A stretch of DNA of 34,135 nucleotides from a virus. Lineage: Duplodnaviria > Caudoviricetes. The notes under the pieces are model-generated. The model saw only the letters and a program-made list of their open reading frames with translations, was not told the origin of the DNA and ran no database searches. How positions within the stretch are numbered: the stretch's first letter is position 1; every line of letters starts with the position of its first letter. The translations under genes and the position numbers were made by a program. The stretch spans positions 1 through 34,135 of the IMG/VR virus record IMGVR_UViG_3300017746_000061. One strand, written 5' to 3'. Shown in pieces: positions 7,987-17,168 of the stretch.

Positions 7987-9451
7987 TATTAACATTCTAA
8001 ACAGTCAATTAAATGCTATTGTAAAGAATAGTAATTTGGATAAAATACTCGAAACTAAAACTCAAGTTGTGGGGGTGGCTTCCTGTCAATTGGAAACATC
8101 TTTAAATGTGGTGGGTACAATAAAGGGTGGTATTCTTCCATTGTCTGGTGGTGATAATCTACTTGAGGCTGTTAAGGCAGTAGACTCAGTCGTAGAGATT
8201 ACTGGACAGGTACCTGGTCTATCTAATGAGTTAATTGGTGATCTATCTTCAGCTACAAGCAATATAAACAGTGCTATTGGAGAAACTATTGACAATGGTG
8301 AACTTGAACTTGTTATTAGTTCTGGCGCACCAGAAGCAGTGTCAAGAGCACTAACAAAGGTTACAGGCAAGACAGCAGATGATTTAACTAATGTCCTAAG
8401 TACTGTTGCTACTACAGCAGGTGCACAAGAAGTTACAAAGATAAGTGCTACAATCTCTTCTGGTATTGGAACATCTACAGGTATCAGTGCGGCAACAAAA
8501 GCATTCAATGCAAACTTTTCTAATTTACTTGGTGATGCCGCTGGTGGTGTTCTTACTAAGCTTATTAGAATAACTGATAAGACATTTGATTTTGTTGTGG
8601 ATGAACTCATTCTAGGTACTACAATAGAAAAAGATACAGTTGCATCACTTGTTGAGTTGGGTAAAACTAATGAAGTAATTGCTTTGATATCAAATGAATC
8701 AGATCTTCCATATGAAGAAATTGAAGAAAAGGTAAACAAATTAAACCTCTCTCCATCAAAGAACATTGTAACCAACAGTGATAAAGCGATAGGAACAAAC
8801 TCATCAGTTCCATATGAAATTGGTTCTAATAACAATACTTGGAGTGGTGTTGATACAGCTAACACTGCAACTCAATTTTCTTATGTAGATTCGCCCGAAG
8901 AGTTGATAGCAGAGTTTAGAAATACAGACAGAGAAATCACAGAGTTTGTTGCACACTGGACAGGAACATACACTAACCAAGACGTTGGTGCGGATGATGT
9001 ACATCAGTGGCATTTGGATAGAGGCTGGAGTGGGTGTGGATATCATTATGTAATACGCAGAGATGGTAGATTGCAAAGAGGAAGACCACTTGAAAGACAA
9101 GGTGCACACTCTGCCGCATATGGACATAATAAAAGATCTATTGGGATATCTATGGCTGGTGGATATAACTGCCCATCTGGTACAGCAAATCCAAGTAAGT
9201 TCATAAGTGCTGATAGCTTAACACCTAAACAGATGACCACCTTTGCTATGTTTGTTAGATCATTCTATGAGGTGTGGCCTTCTGGTCAGGCATTGGGTCA
9301 TAATGATACAACTGATGTTGGTAAGGTAGATCCTGGATTTGATGTAGGGGAATATGTGAAAGCAAACTTTAATAAGACTAACCTAATAACTGATGCTAAA
9401 TCGTCAGGACCTCTGACAACAGCACAAATTAATGCAGGAATACCAGTATGA
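7976..9451 (+). CDS. Virion-associated N-acetylmuramoyl-L-alanine amidase (Amidase_2) with a ~300 aa N-terminal extension
   Basis: HWT, WHLDRGWSGCGYHYVIRRDG, GRP....GAH, SIGI...GG, GHND, K.DPGFDV as in T7 lysozyme/AmpD-type Zn amidases. Confidence 0.88.
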   Translation: MAININILNSQLNAIVKNSNLDKILETKTQVVGVASCQLETSLNVVGTIKGGILPLSGGDNLLEAVKAVDSVVEITGQVPGLSNELIGDLSSATSNINSAIGETIDNGELELVISSGAPEAVSRALTKVTGKTADDLTNVLSTVATTAGAQEVTKISATISSGIGTSTGISAATKAFNANFSNLLGDAAGGVLTKLIRITDKTFDFVVDELILGTTIEKDTVASLVELGKTNEVIALISNESDLPYEEIEEKVNKLNLSPSKNIVTNSDKAIGTNSSVPYEIGSNNNTWSGVDTANTATQFSYVDSPEELIAEFRNTDREITEFVAHWTGTYTNQDVGADDVHQWHLDRGWSGCGYHYVIRRDGRLQRGRPLERQGAHSAAYGHNKRSIGISMAGGYNCPSGTANPSKFISADSLTPKQMTTFAMFVRSFYEVWPSGQALGHNDTTDVGKVDPGFDVGEYVKANFNKTNLITDAKSSGPLTTAQINAGIPV

Positions 9452-11457
9452 CAACGGAAAGAGATGATCTAAAGGATAGAGAAGAAAGATTTGGAACTGG
9501 TTATGCCAACTCTCAGGGAACAGCAACCAATGCGTTTGCAGATCCTAGTAAACAGTTTCCTAGTAAACATTATGAAAACCAACCCAATACAAATGAGTCA
9601 CTTCGTTCTGGTAGATCACACACACTACCACTAGGAGCAGACGTTGATCTTCCACCTATAGCATCAACACAGTATCCATATGCTGATGTTAAAGAAACTG
9701 TCAGTGGTCATGTTATTGAATTCAATGATACGCCCGGTGGTGAACGTATTCTTATAAAACACAACACAGGATCTGGCATTGAGTTGCGTCCTGATGGCAC
9801 TGTGGTTGTTTTGGCAACGACTAATAAGGTTGAAGTCACCCATGGTGATCAAACGGTGATAGTAGAAGGCAACGGTCAACTCACATATGAGGGAGATCTG
9901 ACTATTAATGTTAAGGGAGACTTTAAAGTTAATTGCGACAGCTATGAAGTTAATGCTAAAAACGACAAAGTAGAGAACATTAACGGCAACTCTAGAACTA
10001 AGGTATTTGGTAACGAAGGTAAGACTGTGTCGGGCAACTCGTCTAATACAGTAGTTGGTACGACAGTAAACACACACCTTGGCAACGTCACTACAGCTAT
10101 CAAAGGAACTAACAAACAAGCCACTGAAGGTTCTCATATCATTGCGGCTTCAGACAAATTAGAACTAACTGCCGAGACTAGAATAATTCAATCCTCTCCT
10201 AAGATTAATACTCAATCTGATGAGATGTTCATTTGGTCTGATACTGGTACCATTGGTGGTGTTGAGATGAGAATTCACGGACAAGGTGCACACTTCAGCG
10301 AAGGTGTCACAGCACCCACATTCCACGGAGATCTACAGGGTACGGCAGTACAGGCTATAACGGCTGATGTCACAAACTCTCAAAACTATTCAGATCCAGA
10401 CACAGATCCAGGATCTGCAGGTAACACAGGATCTGCACAAGGTTATACCGCAGAAAATGTAGCACAACCAGCGGTCTTTACTGCACCTTCTGGTGTTGTC
10501 ACAGATGTTCTTAATAAATCTGCTTTGGGTGTTAAGAAGGTAAAAGTGGATGTTGATGACTTCTTGAAGAATAGTCTAAGACTACGTCCTCTTGCGGTGA
10601 CTGACGTTAGATCTAAACTAAGAGATCCTTCATATCTAAATGATGCAGAGTTTACTGCAACTCAAATTGGTAACGGAAATCTAAACCCAGCATTTGCTCA
10701 ACAATCTCCACCCAATGGATATGGTAGAATTAGAAATGCTCAGGGTGGAACTCATCGTGGAACTGAGACTATAGGAAACACTTCTCCCGAAAGAAGTACT
10801 AAAACATTTACCATACCTAAAAGGAAACAAAGGTTTACTCTTTCTGATTCGGCATATGGCGAAATGGATGCCAGAACTATTATCGGTACAGGAACTAGAG
10901 TAACAGACAGAGTGGGCTTTGCAAGATTTGTTGGTGCAGAAGATGGTGGTGCATTTAAGAATCTAAGTCTAGCAGATAAAAAACAAATTGGCAAAAACTA
11001 CATTGCACAAGTAAATTTAACTAAAATTGCTATGGGAACGAATGGTCAATTTGCTTCGCATAGACTTAAAGTTGTTGAAGGTTTCTATGCCAAAGAACTA
11101 TATGGTAAAGGAACACCCCAAGGTCTCCAAGCAGAAACACTTACGCCTAACGGTCTTCTAGATCTTAGGAACAAAGGAAGGGCAGTAGTCTACGAACTAT
11201 ACGGACCTGATGGTAAAATGGATACTGATGCTACATTTGATCTTGCTATTGAGTTGTCAGATATGGGTATGTTTGATAAACTTGTTTTGGATTATGACAA
11301 CTTTGCGGCTGATGGATCAATGAACGTGCAGATTATTGTCGAAATGCCTAATATCACTGGCGAGACTGTAACATTCAAAAGTCAAGTTGAAACGAAATAC
11401 AATAACATCACACATGCTACAGATAGTCTTGTAGAATTAAAAGCAGAACCTCAGTAA
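9448..11457 (+). CDS. gp5: gp5 C-terminal part (beta-helix spike) with a long C-terminal extension
   Basis: YPY...ET.SGHVIEF.DTPGGERI...H..G..IE..PDG followed by V.G-type octapeptide repeats (IVEGNGQL, NVKGDFKV, TVSGNSSN). Confidence 0.85.
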   Translation: MTTERDDLKDREERFGTGYANSQGTATNAFADPSKQFPSKHYENQPNTNESLRSGRSHTLPLGADVDLPPIASTQYPYADVKETVSGHVIEFNDTPGGERILIKHNTGSGIELRPDGTVVVLATTNKVEVTHGDQTVIVEGNGQLTYEGDLTINVKGDFKVNCDSYEVNAKNDKVENINGNSRTKVFGNEGKTVSGNSSNTVVGTTVNTHLGNVTTAIKGTNKQATEGSHIIAASDKLELTAETRIIQSSPKINTQSDEMFIWSDTGTIGGVEMRIHGQGAHFSEGVTAPTFHGDLQGTAVQAITADVTNSQNYSDPDTDPGSAGNTGSAQGYTAENVAQPAVFTAPSGVVTDVLNKSALGVKKVKVDVDDFLKNSLRLRPLAVTDVRSKLRDPSYLNDAEFTATQIGNGNLNPAFAQQSPPNGYGRIRNAQGGTHRGTETIGNTSPERSTKTFTIPKRKQRFTLSDSAYGEMDARTIIGTGTRVTDRVGFARFVGAEDGGAFKNLSLADKKQIGKNYIAQVNLTKIAMGTNGQFASHRLKVVEGFYAKELYGKGTPQGLQAETLTPNGLLDLRNKGRAVVYELYGPDGKMDTDATFDLAIELSDMGMFDKLVLDYDNFAADGSMNVQIIVEMPNITGETVTFKSQVETKYNNITHATDSLVELKAEPQ

Positions 11458-11463
11458 AACTCT

Positions 11464-11471
11464 TATAAATA
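11464..11471 (+). promoter_or_regulatory. T4-type late promoter TATAAATA upstream of gp25
   Basis: Exact consensus in intergenic space, followed by an AAGGA SD and ATG 11496. Confidence 0.85.
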
Positions 11472-11495
11472 AAAGCATAAGTTTAAGGACAGACT

Positions 11496-11936
11496 ATGGC
11501 ACGTGTATTATCGATAGAAGACAAAGATCCAAATGTGAAAAGTGTAATCACTTCTCGCAATAAGGTGTATTCAGATATCGACTTAACTTTCACAAAACGC
11601 CCATCTGGGGATATCTACAAGAAGAGTGATTCTGCGGCTGTTAGACAAAGTGTAAAGAACATCATTGCCACAGGAAGACTAGAGAAACCTTTTGAGGAAG
11701 ATTTTGGTGCAGACATAACGTCTATGTTCTTTGAACTTGCTGATGACAATTCGTCACAAAATGTAAGGGAAAGTATTGATAATGCTCTTTACATATATGA
11801 ACCACGTGCTGAAGTACTTAACATTGATGTTAATCTACAGCCAGATAGAAATTCGCTCTCTGTTACACTAACCTTTAAGGTTGTTAGTACAGAAGAAGTA
11901 ATCACACTTAATACATTCGTTTCGAGGTTAAGATAA
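11496..11936 (+). CDS. gp25: Baseplate wedge subunit gp25
   Basis: YSDIDLTF, AVRQSVKNII.T...EKPF...FG, YEPR, terminal RLR. Confidence 0.92.
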   Translation: MARVLSIEDKDPNVKSVITSRNKVYSDIDLTFTKRPSGDIYKKSDSAAVRQSVKNIIATGRLEKPFEEDFGADITSMFFELADDNSSQNVRESIDNALYIYEPRAEVLNIDVNLQPDRNSLSVTLTFKVVSTEEVITLNTFVSRLR

Positions 11937-11937
11937 T

Positions 11938-13761
11938 ATGGCTACCACAATAAAATCAACAGATCTTGACTTCAGTACGATCAAGAACAACTTAAAGATA
12001 TCCTTAGCAGAAAAGTCTGAATTCTCAGATTATAACTTTGAGGGATCTGGCCTTTCTAATATTCTAGATGTTCTTGCAACCAACACACACTATAATGCAC
12101 TTATTGCAAACTTTGCTTTAAATGAATCTTATTTGTCTACTGCACAACTTCGTAGTTCTTTAGTGTCTCTTGCCGAGGGTATTGGTTATATTCCTAAGTC
12201 AAAGACAGCATCTAAAGCTACACTAACTCTTTCTACAAATACTGGTGACCTATCAGGAAGACCTTCAACATTGTCTCTACCAACAGGAACTAAGTTTACA
12301 TCTACTGTTGATGACGTGACATACACATTTCAGACCAGACAAACTGTAACTGCGACAGATAATGGATATGGTTATTATGCATATAAGACACCCACAGGAT
12401 CTCTAAACATCGATGTATTAGAAGGTATTGCAAAAACTAAGACATTCTTTGTTGGTGCAGATAGTGTAGACGATGTGTACATTATTCCAGACACAAACAT
12501 TGATATGGAGACTGCGGTTGTAAGTGTATATCAATCAGCTAATGATGTGTCATCCACCAACTATATCAATATATCTAAAGCATCTACAATCAATGAGAAT
12601 ACTAAACTGTATATCATGAAAGAAGCTCCTAATGGCTTCTATGAAATTACGTTTGGTGATGGTGTGACTTTAGGTAAAGCACCTGTTGCAGGTAATAAGA
12701 TCGTGATAGAATATTTACAGGTTAACGGATCTTTGGCTAACGGAGCTACTACATTTACTGCTAACAATAGAATACAGGTAGGTGCATCAAACTATGATGT
12801 GACACCAGTAACGACTATCAACTCTCTTGGTGGTGCTGAAGCAGAGACTATGGCTTCTATTCGTAAGAATGCTCCATTCCAGTATGCTACACAGAACCGT
12901 ATGGTTACGGCAGTCGATTACTCTACTCTTGTGTTGAGTAACTTTGGCACACTCATTAGAGATATCCAAGCCTTTGGTGGTGAGGATGCATTGAAGCCAG
13001 AGTTTGGTGTAGTATTTTTATCAATTGTATTTAATTCTGATGTGACAACGGATACCGTAACAACAACAAAAGACTCTATACGTGATTTGGCTAAACAGTT
13101 AGCAGTTGTTGGTTTTGACATAAAGTTTGAAGATCCAGTTACCACATTCGTTGAAACGGAAATCTTCTTCCAGTTTAACCCTAAACTTGGATCTTTATCA
13201 TTAACAACCGTACAGGATAACGTACAGACAGAGATAAACAAATACTTTACAGAAAACATAGGTAAGTTCAACCAATCCTTCCGTAGATCTAATTTGCTAA
13301 ATGATGTGGATGAAGTGGATACGGCTGTCCTATCATCACGTGCTAATATTAAATTACAACGTAGATTTACTCCGACAACAAATACATTACAGGATCACAC
13401 ATTGAGATATCCTGTTGGTCTTGCAGAACCAGATGATGTCAATTTCGTTATCAAAACAACTCCATTCCAATTTGGAGAGAAGACATGCATTATCAAAAAT
13501 AAGTTAAAGTCTAATAAGCTACAAGTTATCTCTTCAGATGATGACAGTGTAGTAGTAGATAATATCGGATCTTACAACTCTGCTACTGGAGTTATCAACA
13601 TCGTTGGTTTAAATGTTGCATCTGTTATTGGTGCAGACGCATTTATCAAAGTAAGTGCTATCCCAGCTAATCAATCAGCTATTAGTCCACTAAGAAATGA
13701 TATTTTAGAATATGACCAAGGTCCATCATTTGCTACAGGAGTTGTGGTTACAACCACGTAA
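11938..13761 (+). CDS. gp6: Baseplate wedge subunit gp6
   Basis: LDF..IK.NL, DYNFEGSGLS..LDVLA.NTHY, GY.P.S, FGDG..GK, QNRMVTA.DY. Confidence 0.93.
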   Translation: MATTIKSTDLDFSTIKNNLKISLAEKSEFSDYNFEGSGLSNILDVLATNTHYNALIANFALNESYLSTAQLRSSLVSLAEGIGYIPKSKTASKATLTLSTNTGDLSGRPSTLSLPTGTKFTSTVDDVTYTFQTRQTVTATDNGYGYYAYKTPTGSLNIDVLEGIAKTKTFFVGADSVDDVYIIPDTNIDMETAVVSVYQSANDVSSTNYINISKASTINENTKLYIMKEAPNGFYEITFGDGVTLGKAPVAGNKIVIEYLQVNGSLANGATTFTANNRIQVGASNYDVTPVTTINSLGGAEAETMASIRKNAPFQYATQNRMVTAVDYSTLVLSNFGTLIRDIQAFGGEDALKPEFGVVFLSIVFNSDVTTDTVTTTKDSIRDLAKQLAVVGFDIKFEDPVTTFVETEIFFQFNPKLGSLSLTTVQDNVQTEINKYFTENIGKFNQSFRRSNLLNDVDEVDTAVLSSRANIKLQRRFTPTTNTLQDHTLRYPVGLAEPDDVNFVIKTTPFQFGEKTCIIKNKLKSNKLQVISSDDDSVVVDNIGSYNSATGVINIVGLNVASVIGADAFIKVSAIPANQSAISPLRNDILEYDQGPSFATGVVVTTT

Positions 13762-13770
13762 TAATAAAGC

Positions 13771-14739
13771 ATGGCAAAAGATAAAACATTAAAAGATAAT
13801 AACAGAAGAGCACTATCTCTACAGGACTACAATTCTGTTTCTGAAGTTCTTCCTTCATACTTTGCAGAAGAATATCCAAAGTTAATATCATTCCTTGATG
13901 CTTATTATGAGTTTGAGGATAGTGATGTTTCGCCTTCTAAGATTATAAGTGATTTGTTCTTAAACCGAGACATCACTGCTACAGAATTATCTAACTTATC
14001 GTTCATAGAAGATGAGCTATTGTTAGGGCAACAATACTTTGAAGGCTTCCAAAACAAACGTGCGGCGGCTAAGTATTCAAACACCCTATATAGGTCAAAA
14101 GGTACGTTATATTCAATCGAACAGTTCTTTAGAACTTTCTTCGGTATATCACCTGATGTTGTTTACACTAAAGAAAATGTTTTTAACATAGGTGAAAACA
14201 CATCAACTATCGGTACAGAGTCTTTAAAATATCTTATAGATGATAAGTTATATCAGAAGTATGCACTATTAGTTAAGGCTCCTATTCCCATCTCCGAATG
14301 GAAAGAGGCATATAAGTTATTTGTTCATCCAGCGGGTATGTACATCGGTGGTGAAGTTCAGATTGTTAGTGAAAATATAGAAGATCGTTTAGTTATGCCA
14401 ACGGTTGACTTGGTCGATAATACAGATCCAATTATTGAAGGTATAGCAACATCACAGATGTCTGCACAAATGGACGCAACAGGTCTGATACCATTTACTG
14501 GTGGAATATCTGATAGTGATGCACGTATTGATCTAGTACGTAAAGTTCAAGATTACCAAGACATTACTCTTGAGCAGATTGATAGAAACTATGACAATAT
14601 TTCTGAATGGGCAGGGGCTTCTTCACCGACATTCGATGAAGATAGTGCTGGAATTGACTTCCGTGCACCAAGAATGTCTACAAATTTGGACACTTTTGAT
14701 GAAGTTTCTTTCCCTTGGTACGACAGTGACTCCGCATAA
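13771..14739 (+). CDS. gp7: Baseplate wedge initiator gp7-like (short form)
   Basis: LP.YF...YP....FL.AYYEF, Y.SKGT..S...FFR..F, VHPAG motifs; follows gp6. Confidence 0.75.
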   Translation: MAKDKTLKDNNRRALSLQDYNSVSEVLPSYFAEEYPKLISFLDAYYEFEDSDVSPSKIISDLFLNRDITATELSNLSFIEDELLLGQQYFEGFQNKRAAAKYSNTLYRSKGTLYSIEQFFRTFFGISPDVVYTKENVFNIGENTSTIGTESLKYLIDDKLYQKYALLVKAPIPISEWKEAYKLFVHPAGMYIGGEVQIVSENIEDRLVMPTVDLVDNTDPIIEGIATSQMSAQMDATGLIPFTGGISDSDARIDLVRKVQDYQDITLEQIDRNYDNISEWAGASSPTFDEDSAGIDFRAPRMSTNLDTFDEVSFPWYDSDSA

Positions 14740-14743
14740 CCCT

Positions 14744-14751
14744 TATAAATA
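14744..14751 (+). promoter_or_regulatory. T4-type late promoter TATAAATA
   Basis: Exact consensus just after the gp7 stop, about 30 nt before ATG 14781. Confidence 0.85.
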
Positions 14752-14780
14752 CAGTTAACAGATTAGAATAGAGATCGAAA

Positions 14781-15773
14781 ATGGCAAGACAGAACATAAA
14801 CAGAGGCACTAATGCTAATGACGGAACTGGCGATACTCTCAGAGTAGCTGGTTTGAAAATCAATCAGAACTTCGCAGAAGTTTATGAGATGCTTGGTGGC
14901 GACTCAGGTGAGTTGAGCGCAGGTATCACTATGACTGATCAAGGTATTGTGTTCGAAGGTACTAATGTTGATGATCATGAGACTACATTGGTTTCTGGTA
15001 ATCCATCTACTGATATCACACTAGCTTTGCCTACAGTTGGTGCAGAATTGATTTCCAATACTGCTACTCAAACGATGACCAACAAAACATTAACATCTCC
15101 TATCATAACAACACCACAGATCAACGATACTTCACTTGACCATAAGTATGTCTTTGTTGCTTCTGAACTAACTGCTAACAGAAATGTGACACTCCCTGTT
15201 CTAGGAACAAATGATACATTCGTATTTGCGAATGCTTCACAAACGTTAGCTAGTAAAACACTCACATCACCATTAATCAATACAGGTAAAATTGGGACAA
15301 GTCTTAATGATGTTAATGGTGCTGAATTAATTAAAGTAACAGCCACAGCAACGGCAGTCAACCAATTGTTAGTTGCAAACGCCGCCACTAATAACTCACC
15401 TTCTATTACGGCAGATGGAGATGATAATAACATTTCTCTGGTACTAGGTTCTAAGGGTACTGGTGGTGTTACAATGAATAACAAAGTAGTGCATCGTGAA
15501 CACTTCCTAACAGGAGACGGTGCAGTAGATTTAACAATTCCTCTTACAATATTTAACTCATCATCCGCTCTTGCTATAACTATGGCAGATGGGACGATTA
15601 CTGGCGAGACTAAATACTTTGTAAATAGGGGAAGTGGTACTGCTACAGTAACAGTAACTAGCTTAGTCGGTACAGGTAACCCCTCAACAGTGGCATTTGC
15701 GGCAAACGAAGCTGGCTTCATGATGTGGGATGGCGCAAACTGGCATCTAGCCTCTAAAACAGTTGCTTCTTAA
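14781..15773 (+). CDS. gp9: Baseplate wedge / tail-fibre connector with gp9/gp10-type N-terminus
   Basis: MARQNIN.G..ANDGTGDTLR..G.KIN.NF.E.Y; internal QT.(T/A).KTLTSP repeats. Confidence 0.7.
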   Translation: MARQNINRGTNANDGTGDTLRVAGLKINQNFAEVYEMLGGDSGELSAGITMTDQGIVFEGTNVDDHETTLVSGNPSTDITLALPTVGAELISNTATQTMTNKTLTSPIITTPQINDTSLDHKYVFVASELTANRNVTLPVLGTNDTFVFANASQTLASKTLTSPLINTGKIGTSLNDVNGAELIKVTATATAVNQLLVANAATNNSPSITADGDDNNISLVLGSKGTGGVTMNNKVVHREHFLTGDGAVDLTIPLTIFNSSSALAITMADGTITGETKYFVNRGSGTATVTVTSLVGTGNPSTVAFAANEAGFMMWDGANWHLASKTVAS

Positions 15774-15784
15774 GGACATAGAAA

Positions 15785-17152
15785 ATGACAGCGATTATTA
15801 CAGACACACTCAAAAAGCAACTATTACTTGATATCATTACTGATATTGATAGTTCGGCAAACGACTATTACATTGGAATAGGTCGATCAGAAGTATGGAA
15901 TGCCACAGATGCGGCACCCACACCAAAGAACACTCAACGAGATGCAAGGAACTTAGGTCTTAGTCTACAGTCTGTTAAAGCAGTTGCTGATAAAACACTG
16001 TGTGCTCCAAGGACAGACTGGTCTTCGGGTGCAACATACTCTTCATTAAATGATGATATAGAAGGACATCCAGTATCCGCATACTATGTCTTTACAGACG
16101 AGAACCACGTATATCTTTGTATTCAAGCAGGTAGAAATGCCGCTGGTAACATTGTTAACTCTACAGTTAAACCTACAGGTACTAGTACTAAAGCGTTTAA
16201 GACTGCGGATGGATATGTTTGGAAATTCTCATATTCAATCGGTGCTTTGACAGCATCTAAGTTTCTTTCTTCTAACTTCCTTCCTGTGTCATTTGTTGTG
16301 TCTACGGATAGTGACAGCCCAGCTTCAACTGTTGAGCAAAAATCTATTCAAGATGCGGCAGTACCAGGAGAGATTATTGGTTATACTGTAACTGATGGTG
16401 GGACAGGTTACACATCAACACCAAATGCAACTATCGTGGGTAACGGATCCACATTGGCTAAAGCTGATGTGACTATCTCAGGTGGTGCGGTATCTAAAGT
16501 GGATGCCAGAGATTCATCTGGAACATTGGTATTTGGTGCAGGATATACATATGCAAGTGTAGAACTAACAGGCGGTGGTGGTACAGGTGCATCTATTAGA
16601 CCGATATTCGGACCTAAAGCTGGTCTTGGTGCAGATCCAAGAGATGATCTTAGAACAAGAGCTATTATGTTCAACTCAAAGCCAGAAGGTACTGAAGCAG
16701 GAGACTTTATTGTAGGGAATGATTTCAGACAAGTTTCTCTAATCAGAAACCCTCTAACACACGCAGGTGCAAAGTTTTCGGACAATACAGGAAATACTCT
16801 TAATAGGCTAAACCTATCTACAATCTCATCGATATTCAGTGCAGACAAAACTATCATTGGTGCCACAAGTGGTGCTAAAGCATATATCGATAAGGTAGAC
16901 TCAGACAATATTTACTACCATCAAAACGAGACAACAGGCTTTACCCAGTTTGATGAAGCAGAATCTATCTCAGAAACTGATGGATCTGGATCTGGTGTTC
17001 TTGCATTGGCAGGGGATGATGTTGACACTGATGCATTCATTGTTGGCGAAATGGATCCATTAAGTGGTGATGTATTGTATATAGATAATAGAGCGGCTGT
17101 TAGTAGATCCGCAGAACAAACTGAAGATATTAAAATCGTTATTCAACTTTAA
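15785..17152 (+). CDS. gp8: Baseplate wedge subunit gp8
   Basis: YIGIGR...W, PR.DW.SG..Y, YYV......VY.C, DGY.WKF, NDFRQ..LI.NP, SG..LYIDNR...R...Q.EDIKIV. Confidence 0.9.
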   Translation: MTAIITDTLKKQLLLDIITDIDSSANDYYIGIGRSEVWNATDAAPTPKNTQRDARNLGLSLQSVKAVADKTLCAPRTDWSSGATYSSLNDDIEGHPVSAYYVFTDENHVYLCIQAGRNAAGNIVNSTVKPTGTSTKAFKTADGYVWKFSYSIGALTASKFLSSNFLPVSFVVSTDSDSPASTVEQKSIQDAAVPGEIIGYTVTDGGTGYTSTPNATIVGNGSTLAKADVTISGGAVSKVDARDSSGTLVFGAGYTYASVELTGGGGTGASIRPIFGPKAGLGADPRDDLRTRAIMFNSKPEGTEAGDFIVGNDFRQVSLIRNPLTHAGAKFSDNTGNTLNRLNLSTISSIFSADKTIIGATSGAKAYIDKVDSDNIYYHQNETTGFTQFDEAESISETDGSGSGVLALAGDDVDTDAFIVGEMDPLSGDVLYIDNRAAVSRSAEQTEDIKIVIQL

Positions 17153-17168
17153 ATTGGTGTAGGAAAAC

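Noticed and set aside
8086-8865. Long antisense ORFs (also 9664-10137, 15068-15721, 16408-16908, 19298-19639)
   Set aside because: Opposite well-supported structural genes, explained by codon bias, with no motifs.
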